From: Sedimentisphaerales bacterium
GTDB lineage: Bacteria; Planctomycetota; Phycisphaerae; Sedimentisphaerales; UBA12454
Reading direction: 5' to 3'
Assembly (NCBI GenBank): GCA_016930635.1
Contig: JAFGGI010000047.1
Span: 27,538 to 91,537 of the forward strand
DNA length: 64,000 bases
The position numbers and the translations under genes were made by a program. Below, piece after piece: positions 9,438-17,732 of this stretch (positions are counted from its first letter, which is position 1; each line of letters starts with the position of its first letter). A model generated the notes under the pieces. The model made no database searches. It saw only the letters and a program-made list of their open reading frames with translations, and was not told where the DNA came from.

Positions 9438-10313
9438 ATGAACAGACAGGAAGAATACAATCCAACTACCTGTTGTAATTGTGGCTCAGAAAAATATTCT
9501 ATGAAAGCTAACGGTGCCGTACCTGTAATAGCTTGTAGAGAGTGTGGTCTTATGCGTCGGGGTTTTCTGCCTGATATTAAACATCCTTCATTTACTTCTT
9601 ACGCAGGAGGAAATGAACGTTTCTTACAACAACGCAAAGACAAAGAGGCTGCACAGCTGGCGGATTTTCTGAAGATTATGCCGCAACTGGATAAGTATAT
9701 GCCTGAAAAAGGGCGCTTACTTGAGATAGGTTGTGCAATGGGTACACTTCTGGACAGAATTAGAAATCTTGGATGGGATGTAACAGGTGTTGAGCCGGAA
9801 GATGGAACTTACCAGATTGCACGTGACGAATATAAACTGAATATTATCAACTCAACGTTTCAGGATGCTGGCCTGGAAGAATCCTCATTTGATGTTGTTA
9901 TTATGCTGCACGTAATTGAACATCTTTTTGACCCTAAAACAGGGTTACAGCAGATTGCTAAACTAATTCGTCCCGGTGGATTTCTTGTTTTGGAAACACC
10001 CCGTTTTGACACGATTTGGTTTCGTCTGATGAAAAGTAAGGAGCGAAGTGTTATTAGAGGACACTATTATTACTTCACTCGGAAAACAATACAGGATTTG
10101 GCGATTCAAGCAGGTTTTGAGGTCGTTCAGCTTGATTCGGTCGGAAGAACTGTCACATTGGACAGACTCTGCTTTTATGCTGCAAAGTTTATAAACTCAG
10201 AAGGCATAACCAGGTTTATTACACGATTTTCTGACAAATTGCATCTGAATAAAGTATCAGTATACATTAATCTTCACGATATGATGAGGGTATATCTTCG
10301 CAGGGTTAGTTAA
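9438..10313 (+). CDS. class I SAM-dependent methyltransferase with N-terminal Cys4 zinc-ribbon
   Basis: N-terminal CCNCGS...CRECG pairs. SAM motif I is ...LLEIGCAMGTLL..., and ...VVIMLHVIEHL... follows. Confidence 0.8.
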   Translation: MNRQEEYNPTTCCNCGSEKYSMKANGAVPVIACRECGLMRRGFLPDIKHPSFTSYAGGNERFLQQRKDKEAAQLADFLKIMPQLDKYMPEKGRLLEIGCAMGTLLDRIRNLGWDVTGVEPEDGTYQIARDEYKLNIINSTFQDAGLEESSFDVVIMLHVIEHLFDPKTGLQQIAKLIRPGGFLVLETPRFDTIWFRLMKSKERSVIRGHYYYFTRKTIQDLAIQAGFEVVQLDSVGRTVTLDRLCFYAAKFINSEGITRFITRFSDKLHLNKVSVYINLHDMMRVYLRRVS

Positions 10314-10359
10314 TATTGTCGAGAATCAGATTTCAGCAGTAGTAGAAGAAAGAATTATA

Positions 10360-10830
10360 GTGAAAAAAGCATTACGTATATGTGTTGGTGCTTCAGCAGG
10401 CGGACATATGAATGAACTGCTGAAACTATTAGATAGTTCTCATAACTGGCCTTATCAGCCGTCATTTTATGTTACCACTTTAGATGCCGTAACTGACAAA
10501 CTAAAACGAAGAGGACAGGTTCATGTTATTGGAGAATGTAATCGCCGATGTCCTATGAAACTATTCGGGGTTTTTGCCAGAAGTCTTAAAATTGTAATAA
10601 AGCATCGCCCGGATGTTGTGATAACCACTGGTTCTTTGCCGCTGGCTATTCTTTGTTTGTCTGCGAAATTATTCGGGGCGAAAATTGTTTGGATTGACAG
10701 TGTTGCTAATATTGAACGTTTTTCTATGAGTGGGCGGATGATGCTGCGTTTTGCAGATCTCTTCCTGACCCAATGGCCTGAACTTGCTGAAAAGTGTGGT
10801 AAAGCTGAATATGCAGGATCCCTAATATGA
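10360..10830 (+). CDS. Alg14-like membrane-anchoring subunit of a split glycosyltransferase (PssD/Cps14F-like)
   Basis: It has ...VGASAGGHMNELLKLL... and is small. Its stop overlaps the start of the Alg13-like partner (ATATGA at 10827-10830). Confidence 0.7.
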   Translation: MKKALRICVGASAGGHMNELLKLLDSSHNWPYQPSFYVTTLDAVTDKLKRRGQVHVIGECNRRCPMKLFGVFARSLKIVIKHRPDVVITTGSLPLAILCLSAKLFGAKIVWIDSVANIERFSMSGRMMLRFADLFLTQWPELAEKCGKAEYAGSLI

Positions 10831-11306
10831 TATTTCTTACTGTTGGAACATATCCTCTTGCATTTGAAAGGCTGATAAGGGTTGTTGATGAGATGGTCAG
10901 AGATGGAGTTATAAAAGAGAAAGTTTTTGCTCAGATAGGGCAGTGTACCTACAAACCTAAAAATATGGATTATGTGGATATGTTAAACAAAGAAGTCTTT
11001 GATGACTATTTCAATAAAGCCTCTGCCGTAATCAGTCATGCCGGCATAGGTGCTATAGAAATGGCTCTAAAAACCAGAAAGCCGCTGCTTATTATGCCGC
11101 GATTGCGAAAATATAATGAAGTTGTGAACGATCATCAAGAAGCCACCGCAATAAAATTTGAACAGATGGGACATGTTCTTGCTGCTTATAATGAAAAAGA
11201 ACTCCGTGAAAAATTTAAAGAGCTTGAGTTGTTTGTTCCGCAACCAAGAGAAGATCGGACAAAAGCAGTTGCAGACCGGATTGCAAGGTTCCTGAATGAG
11301 TTATAA
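10827..11306 (+). CDS. Alg13-like catalytic subunit (GT28 C-terminal domain; PssE/Cps14G-like)
   Basis: The N-terminus MIFLTVGTYPLAFERLI... is the typical start of this family. It is translationally coupled to the Alg14-like gene. Confidence 0.7.
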   Translation: MIFLTVGTYPLAFERLIRVVDEMVRDGVIKEKVFAQIGQCTYKPKNMDYVDMLNKEVFDDYFNKASAVISHAGIGAIEMALKTRKPLLIMPRLRKYNEVVNDHQEATAIKFEQMGHVLAAYNEKELREKFKELELFVPQPREDRTKAVADRIARFLNEL

Positions 11307-13275
11307 AAAAGAAAATATTAAAGCTGTTATACTTGCTGGCGAAAATAATATTTATGCACATTCTATGACAAAATCTCTCTCGACTTTACTGTGGCCGGTG
11401 GTTGGGAAATCTTTGCTTGAACGTTTATTGCTCCATTTATCTGATCAAGGTATAAAGCAAGCAGTTATTTGTTGTGACACTAATAGTGAACTTCTGCGTA
11501 AATTAATTGGTAAGTGTGATTATCCAGAGTTGGAATTTATAGAGGAATCCCTGCCTTTAGGTTCGGCGGGATGTATTCGTGCGGCAGCAGCTAACGACAA
11601 GGAAGCTTTATTATTGGTATTTACTGCCGGCATAATATGTCTACCCAATATTGATTTGCTTGTTAAACAGCATCAACAGGGCAAAGCAGATTTGACGGTG
11701 ATGTTTAATCCGAGCGGTCAGGATAACAAAGTAACAGGTGAATTTGCCGGGGTATATGTTTGTCAGCCCAGTGTTCTGGAATATATACCACAGGATGGTT
11801 ATTTTGATATTAAGGAAGGTTTAATCCCTGGTATGCTTAAGGCGGAAAAAAGTGTTCATGCTGCGGTACTTCCGGAACGAACAGGGAACTTCCGCAATTG
11901 GCAGGAATATTTATATGCTGTAGAAGATTATCTTGAAAATAGAGCAAATAAAGATCTGCATATGCAGATCTTCAAAGAAGATAATTCACGAATTATATGG
12001 ACTGGGGACAAAACAAATATACATTCAAATGCTCGACTTTGTGGGCCGGTTGTTATTATGGAGGGAACAACTGTTTCTGAAAACGCAGTTATCTTTGGAC
12101 CAGCCATACTTGGACGCAATGTTACCATTAATGAAGGATGTGTCATTGTCAATAGTATTCTCTGGGATAATGCAAAAGTCGGGAAAAATTGTGAGATCCA
12201 GCGTTGTGTTGTTGATAACAATATAATTGTGGGAGATAATAAGATTGTCGAAGACGAATTTGTTGGCCGAAACTTAGGTCAAATTATAATTAATTCGACA
12301 AGCAAACATTCTACAGTAAAAAGAAGTATGAATAAGTCGCAGTCAGTATTTTCACCGAAGTTTAGTAAAGCAGATAAACTAATACCTGATGCTTTGCGGT
12401 CTAACAGCAAAATGGCCACCACTTGTCTTGCCGGCGGATTGCTTATTATTGCTTTGCTTTGGTCTTATTGGCCCAACTTTACGGATATCTGGAAGATTTG
12501 GCAAAGCAGCGATGAATATTCTTCAGGTATTCTGGTGCCTTTTTTGGCTATATATATTTTATGGTCAAAACGTGATAAAATCAGCCAGGTTGTTATTAAA
12601 CCGTCTGTTTTCGGTTTGTTTGCATTCGCGGGTACTCAGGCGTTCAGATTTTTCGGCTTATACTATATGTATAGTTCGGCAGAAAGACTGTCAATTGTTA
12701 TGAGTATTGCTGCGTTAGTGCTTTTTATCTTTGGTTGGCGTTTCTTCTGGAAGGTATTTACTGTATTACTTTTCTTATTTCTGATGCTTCCATGGCCCAA
12801 CCGTGTTCAAGCTGCCGTAGCACTGCCGTTGCAGAATTGGGCTACTTCATCGGCAGTATTTTGTCTGGAAACGGTAGGTTATGAAGTTGTTCGAGAAGGT
12901 AATACTATCCATATTGGTCAAACAGTTGTTGCGGTAGCTGAAGCCTGTAACGGTCTGAGGATGATTACAGCATTTCTTGTTATCAGTGGTATGGTCGTTT
13001 TGCTGGTCAATCGTAAATGGTGGGAAAAACTAATTATTCTTATTTCGTCTTTGCCGATAGCATTATTTTGCAATACCGTAAGATTGGTTGTTACCTCAAT
13101 TGCGTTCACAATACTGAAAGGAGAGTACTGGGAGAGGATATTCCATGATTTCGGCGGATACGCTATGATGCCGCTGGCGCTTGGTTTGATTGTTATTGAA
13201 CTTTTACTTTTGACGAAACTAACTACTGAACCGACTAAGCAAGAGACTATAATAGTAAAGAAAAAAAAGTCGTGA
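11296..13275 (+). CDS. fusion protein: degenerate sugar-nucleotidyltransferase-like domain plus LbH (hexapeptide) domain plus exosortase (EpsH/Xrt family)
   Basis: aa 1 to about 330 have ...AVILAGENN...WPVVGKSLL... and hexapeptide repeats (...VIMEGTTVSENAVIFGPAILGRNVTINEGCVIVNS...). aa about 373-659 are polytopic and carry exosortase hallmarks: ...DEYSSGILVPFLAIYILW..., Cys in ...EACNGLRMITAF..., Arg in ...FCNTVRLVV..., His in ...FHDFGGYAMMP.... Confidence 0.85.
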   Translation: MSYKKENIKAVILAGENNIYAHSMTKSLSTLLWPVVGKSLLERLLLHLSDQGIKQAVICCDTNSELLRKLIGKCDYPELEFIEESLPLGSAGCIRAAAANDKEALLLVFTAGIICLPNIDLLVKQHQQGKADLTVMFNPSGQDNKVTGEFAGVYVCQPSVLEYIPQDGYFDIKEGLIPGMLKAEKSVHAAVLPERTGNFRNWQEYLYAVEDYLENRANKDLHMQIFKEDNSRIIWTGDKTNIHSNARLCGPVVIMEGTTVSENAVIFGPAILGRNVTINEGCVIVNSILWDNAKVGKNCEIQRCVVDNNIIVGDNKIVEDEFVGRNLGQIIINSTSKHSTVKRSMNKSQSVFSPKFSKADKLIPDALRSNSKMATTCLAGGLLIIALLWSYWPNFTDIWKIWQSSDEYSSGILVPFLAIYILWSKRDKISQVVIKPSVFGLFAFAGTQAFRFFGLYYMYSSAERLSIVMSIAALVLFIFGWRFFWKVFTVLLFLFLMLPWPNRVQAAVALPLQNWATSSAVFCLETVGYEVVREGNTIHIGQTVVAVAEACNGLRMITAFLVISGMVVLLVNRKWWEKLIILISSLPIALFCNTVRLVVTSIAFTILKGEYWERIFHDFGGYAMMPLALGLIVIELLLLTKLTTEPTKQETIIVKKKKS

Positions 13276-13466
13276 CCTAATAACAGTATAGTTTACAATT
13301 AATGATGAGGATAATTTAGGGGCCTCATAACTATCCGATGATTTACGTAATTTGAATGTGGAAAAAAAGATATATTTACCCTTGAAATGTTTTGCCTATA
13401 TAACATCTTTAGACAGCTATAAATATAATAATATGCGTTTTTATGCCAATAACTACATTAGATAAC

Positions 13467-13495
13467 TTGAATAATTGCAATGATTTTGTTAAAAT
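13467..13495 (+). promoter_or_regulatory. candidate sigma70-type promoter (TTGAAT-17 nt-TAAAAT)
   Basis: -35 TTGAAT is at 13467-13472 and -10 TAAAAT at 13490-13495. Both lie in the 354-bp AT-rich gap upstream of the chain-length determinant gene. This is a pattern match only. Confidence 0.25.
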
Positions 13496-13629
13496 AGTTA
13501 AAATCTACAGTTTGGGTAAATTATAATGAACGATATTAGAGGTCTATCCTTTATAATAGGATCGATTGATAGTGAAATTGAAGTTTCTACAAAACTTGTA
13601 AACAGTTAACGAGTATATGAACTCATAGT

Positions 13630-15945
13630 ATGAATGAATTGGATAAATATAATAATTGGGCGATTGAGCCGGGTGTAACTGAAACTGGAGGATTTCCCGG
13701 ATCTAACAGTGATGCTGTGTTCGGCTTGATAGTGGGAATGCTTCGCCGCTGGTATATTATGCTGGGTATATTTGTTGGGATATGTCTGATAGGAATTCCT
13801 GCAATATGGCTCATAAGGAGACCTGAGTATACCGTAACCGGATTTATAAGAGTCGCGCCAAATCGCACAAATATTCTTTCAGGTGAGCTGGATAAAGGTG
13901 AAATAGCAAATTATAAAAACTTCGTAAATACTGAGGCGATCAGAATAACCAGCAGTGCGGTGGTAGAAAGAGTTGCCGATGAATTAGTAGATAAAAATTT
14001 ACAATTCTTTGAAAGAGGAGCAACAAACTCTGTCGGGAAGATAAAGAACCTAATTGATGGCAGCAAAAAAGGACAGGGTTATGCCTACATATTAAAACAA
14101 GCGATAGCGAATAAAGTTATTACTGCATCAGCGGATCGTGAATCCGAATTGATAAGGGTGACCATGAGAAATGACAATCTCGAAGAAGCTAAACAAATTG
14201 TTGATGCTTTTATGCGCGAGTATATGGCTATTGCTGTTTCGGACTCATCTAATACAGAGAATCAGAAATTAACTCTTCTGGAAAATGAACAGCAGCTGTT
14301 ATTTCAGAAGATGGAAAACTGGCGGGAAACGATTTTTCAGTTAGGGCAGGAATTCGGCGGAACATCCCTTGATGGGCGTTATGATATAAAGTTAGAGCGG
14401 GTTTCCAGTTTGCTTAAGGAACTAACTAAACTGGAATCTGAAAGAGTCCGTCTTGAAATAGAAATGGATTTGCTTGATAAAAGTAAAGATGAAAAAATTG
14501 ATCCTGTAGAATTAGTGCGAATACGCCAGGAATACATTAATTCTGATTCAAGAGTTGATGCCTTAGCAAGAAATGTCACACAGTTTGAACAAGAGCTTAT
14601 TGTTGCTCGTCAAAGATTAGCGCCGCAAAATCCTGAGATTGCGAATAAAGAAGAGTTAATAGCGAAATTCAAAGATCGTCTGGCAGAACTTAAGGAAGAA
14701 GCCGGCCAGGAGTTTGATGCATCTATAGCAACTCAGACATCTAAGTCCAGTGAAGACAGGCGTGTCCAGTTAGAAGCTGCTTTGGGACGTACTAAAGAGT
14801 ACGAAGAGAAATATAGAGAGATGTTGGCGAAAGAGGATACTGAGGCCATAGAAGTTGGTCGTAAACAATTGATTATTCGGGATCTGGAAGATCAATTGGA
14901 TATGGCTAAAGAAAGGTATGACCAGTACACCCTGCGTATACAGGAATTAGAGATCGGGCAGAAACTTCCTGCAAGAATCTCACCTGCGCAGTATGCAGAT
15001 ATCGATTTTGTGGGCGACAAGCGTGTCAAATTTACATTGGCGACAATATTTTTTGCGGCAGCATGCGGTCTGTCAGTATCTTTTTTCTTGACTAAAATGG
15101 ATCAGCGGATGTGGACGCCTCAGGATGTAACCAGGAGTATTGATGTTAAGATAATCGGTACTACTGCTGCCTTTAAGAATGTTGACAAAAAGCCGCTTTT
15201 ACCGGAACAGGTAGAAGAAGATTTCCACACGATTTGTGCTAATCTGGGCTTATTTGGTGAGAATGGCCATGGTGTTCCCAAGAGACTTGTCGTTACAAGC
15301 CCGGGAGCAGGAGATGGCAAGACTACTTCGGCTATTAATCTGGCGGTAAGTTTGTCGAGAACAAATAAGAAAGTTTTACTTGTAGATGGCGATTTGCGGA
15401 AACCTGATATCGCACACTTTTTAAACCTTCCAAAGGGCTCTGGTGGTTTGCAGAGAATGATTGCCGGGGAGGATTTTGAACAGGTCATTTGCCGATTACC
15501 TTCAACCGGATTGGACGTTCTGTCCTCTGACTCCAGCAGTGCACTGCAGGCCATTGAGCTGTTGGCACAGCTTCACAAAGGTCAATATATAGAAAGAATT
15601 TGCAAAAAATATGACCATATTATTATTGATACACCTCCAGTGCTGGCTTTTCCTGATGCAAGATTATGGGCTAAGATGGTTGGTTCGGTGGTATTGACCA
15701 GTTTAGCAGGCCGGACAACCGGATTGGATTTAAAAAGAGCCAGCCAGTTAATTGCTCAGATAGATGTTGATATATTAGGAGTCATTCTCTGCAATGTCCA
15801 GATGGATAGGGGCTACTATGGATATTTTTACAACTATTACACACGAAATGGCAAAGACCAGGTAAGCAAAAAGCGAGCCAGCACAAAGAAATTTCTAATG
15901 CCTATAGATGAATTGAGCAGCAATACCGAGGAGCTTAATTCCTAA
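13630..15945 (+). CDS. polysaccharide co-polymerase / BY-kinase (Wzc/GumC-EpsG-like chain-length determinant tyrosine autokinase)
   Basis: Two TM helices flank a long coiled-coil periplasmic region. The C-terminal ATPase has Walker A ...SPGAGDGKTTSAINLA..., A' ...VLLVDGDLRKP... and B ...HIIIDTPP.... A Tyr cluster ...GYYGYFYNYYT... follows. Confidence 0.85.
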   Translation: MNELDKYNNWAIEPGVTETGGFPGSNSDAVFGLIVGMLRRWYIMLGIFVGICLIGIPAIWLIRRPEYTVTGFIRVAPNRTNILSGELDKGEIANYKNFVNTEAIRITSSAVVERVADELVDKNLQFFERGATNSVGKIKNLIDGSKKGQGYAYILKQAIANKVITASADRESELIRVTMRNDNLEEAKQIVDAFMREYMAIAVSDSSNTENQKLTLLENEQQLLFQKMENWRETIFQLGQEFGGTSLDGRYDIKLERVSSLLKELTKLESERVRLEIEMDLLDKSKDEKIDPVELVRIRQEYINSDSRVDALARNVTQFEQELIVARQRLAPQNPEIANKEELIAKFKDRLAELKEEAGQEFDASIATQTSKSSEDRRVQLEAALGRTKEYEEKYREMLAKEDTEAIEVGRKQLIIRDLEDQLDMAKERYDQYTLRIQELEIGQKLPARISPAQYADIDFVGDKRVKFTLATIFFAAACGLSVSFFLTKMDQRMWTPQDVTRSIDVKIIGTTAAFKNVDKKPLLPEQVEEDFHTICANLGLFGENGHGVPKRLVVTSPGAGDGKTTSAINLAVSLSRTNKKVLLVDGDLRKPDIAHFLNLPKGSGGLQRMIAGEDFEQVICRLPSTGLDVLSSDSSSALQAIELLAQLHKGQYIERICKKYDHIIIDTPPVLAFPDARLWAKMVGSVVLTSLAGRTTGLDLKRASQLIAQIDVDILGVILCNVQMDRGYYGYFYNYYTRNGKDQVSKKRASTKKFLMPIDELSSNTEELNS

Positions 15946-15978
15946 AAAGGAAATTGTTCTGTAAAGTAACTTTTTGTT

Positions 15979-17697
15979 TTGTGCCTTATGTTCAACCTTA
16001 ATAAATCCGAACATTTAGTTGTTATACGTCAAGATGAACTCAGTAAGACAGATGACTGTGTCGAATTACTTCGGTTTGCTGTTTCCAGTGAACCTGTAGC
16101 CGGTATTGTTTTTGATCAACTGAGCAGAAATCCGTTATTACCTGATAAAACAAATACCGTTATTGCTGTCCCGGCCGAATGGAATGCTGCTTCTGACAGA
16201 ACCGCAATTAATATAAAATTTTATACAGCAGGTGAACAGGTTTGTTTTGATGGGCTGAAGGATATCAAACAGAGTCCATGGTTTATTATTTCTAATGGAC
16301 AATTTGCTGTAAAAATCAATGAGGAGGTGCTTAATAAAGTTTTAAACAGCCTTCCGGCCGATGTCATAGCAGTCAATGCTGATTATGGTTTGTTAGCATA
16401 TCGTGAAAAATTAAGATTTATATCCGATGAATGGATAGCGTCCTGCCGTCGGCATTATTCTGATTCAGCGGAACCGATTCCGATACCGAGTGACTGGCCT
16501 CACCATATTTTTATGAAAAAAGCTGTTGCTGGTACTGCTTTGGCTAATGGTGTTTTACCTGACCGTTTTACTGATTTTGTTGACAAATGTTTGTCAAAAT
16601 CATTGAAGTTATGTGCGATTAGTATTGCCGGTATTGCACAGGATTTGAAAACTAAGACGGGATTACTAAATCTTTGCAGGAGGCATCTTGATACTCTGTC
16701 TGAGACGGGTGCTTTAAATAATGGTCAAAATATGTATAAACAAGTATTTGGTACCGACGCAAAAACATCTCAAAAAGCAAGGTTGGTAGGCAAAGTATTG
16801 TTAGGCAAAAATGTTCAACTTGGACAGGATATTGTGATTGTCGGCCCTGCGGTAATATGTGATAACACTAAGATTGGCACTGCTGCTGTTATAAATTCAT
16901 CAATAATCGGCCCTGATCTCTCAGTTCCTGCAAATCAAATGCTGTTCAATCAGGTTGTGCAGGAAAAACAGCCAAACTGGAAAAATCTGGCTCGATATAA
17001 TAAACACAGTTATGAGCAGAAAGTATTTGATGTTTTAGAACGTCGCTTTAAAGCTGATAACGAATTTAAAACCTGGCCGGTAATTTCCTATGCCCGTCTC
17101 ATGAAACCTATAGCAGATTTTATTGTTTCACTGATCGTATTGATTCTATTTGCTCCTATAGTACCTTTCATCATATTAGCAATAAAAATAAATTCGCCTG
17201 GTCCCGTTTTCTTTAAAGATAAACGTCAGGGAAAAAGAGGTAAAGAGTTTTTCTGTTTGAAGTTCAGGACTATGATTGTTGGTGCTGATAAGATCCAGGA
17301 CAAACTAAGATTTGTCAATCAAATCGACGGTCCGCAATTCAAGATGGGGGATGATCCTCGAATCAGTACCGTAGGCAGATTTTTGCGAAATACCTGTATC
17401 GATGAGATCCCTCAGTTTTTTAATGTTTTAATGGGCCAGATGAGTATTGTCGGGCCGAGACCTTCACCAGAATCTGAGAATACAATGTGTCCATCCTGGC
17501 GATATGCCCGCCTGTCTGTTCGACCCGGAATTACAGGGCTTTGGCAGGTATGCAGAACACGTGAACCGATGAAAGATTTTCAGGAGTGGATTTATTATGA
17601 TACGAAATACGTTCAAAGGTTATCACTAAAAACTGATTTATGGGTATGCTGGCGGACGGCCCGGCATATGGCAATCAACTTTATTAAGCAATTTTAA
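15979..17697 (+). CDS. priming phosphoglycosyl transferase (bacterial sugar transferase, EpsB/WbaP-like) with a long N-terminal cytoplasmic LbH-containing extension
   Basis: The C-terminus has ...SPGPVFFKDKRQGKRGKEFFCLKFRTM... and ...DEIPQFFNVLMGQMSIVGPRP.... A hexapeptide-like segment ...ARLVGKVLLGKNVQLGQDIVIVGPAVICDNTKIGTAAVINSSIIGP... lies upstream. An alternative ATG start is at 15988. Confidence 0.85.
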   Translation: MCLMFNLNKSEHLVVIRQDELSKTDDCVELLRFAVSSEPVAGIVFDQLSRNPLLPDKTNTVIAVPAEWNAASDRTAINIKFYTAGEQVCFDGLKDIKQSPWFIISNGQFAVKINEEVLNKVLNSLPADVIAVNADYGLLAYREKLRFISDEWIASCRRHYSDSAEPIPIPSDWPHHIFMKKAVAGTALANGVLPDRFTDFVDKCLSKSLKLCAISIAGIAQDLKTKTGLLNLCRRHLDTLSETGALNNGQNMYKQVFGTDAKTSQKARLVGKVLLGKNVQLGQDIVIVGPAVICDNTKIGTAAVINSSIIGPDLSVPANQMLFNQVVQEKQPNWKNLARYNKHSYEQKVFDVLERRFKADNEFKTWPVISYARLMKPIADFIVSLIVLILFAPIVPFIILAIKINSPGPVFFKDKRQGKRGKEFFCLKFRTMIVGADKIQDKLRFVNQIDGPQFKMGDDPRISTVGRFLRNTCIDEIPQFFNVLMGQMSIVGPRPSPESENTMCPSWRYARLSVRPGITGLWQVCRTREPMKDFQEWIYYDTKYVQRLSLKTDLWVCWRTARHMAINFIKQF

Positions 17698-17732
17698 TAT
17701 ACGGTTTGTATATAGGGAGAAAGGAAATTTAA

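Noticed and set aside
12389-12703. 104-aa plus-strand ORF within the exosortase region
   Set aside because: It is out of frame with the exosortase domain, whose conserved motifs are read in the 11296 frame.
13526-13609. 27-codon ORF (MNDIRGLSFIIGSIDSEIEVSTKLVNS) in the AT-rich gap before the chain-length determinant gene
   Set aside because: It has no RBS and is very short in AT-rich DNA, where such ORFs arise by chance. It cannot be supported without expression or conservation data.
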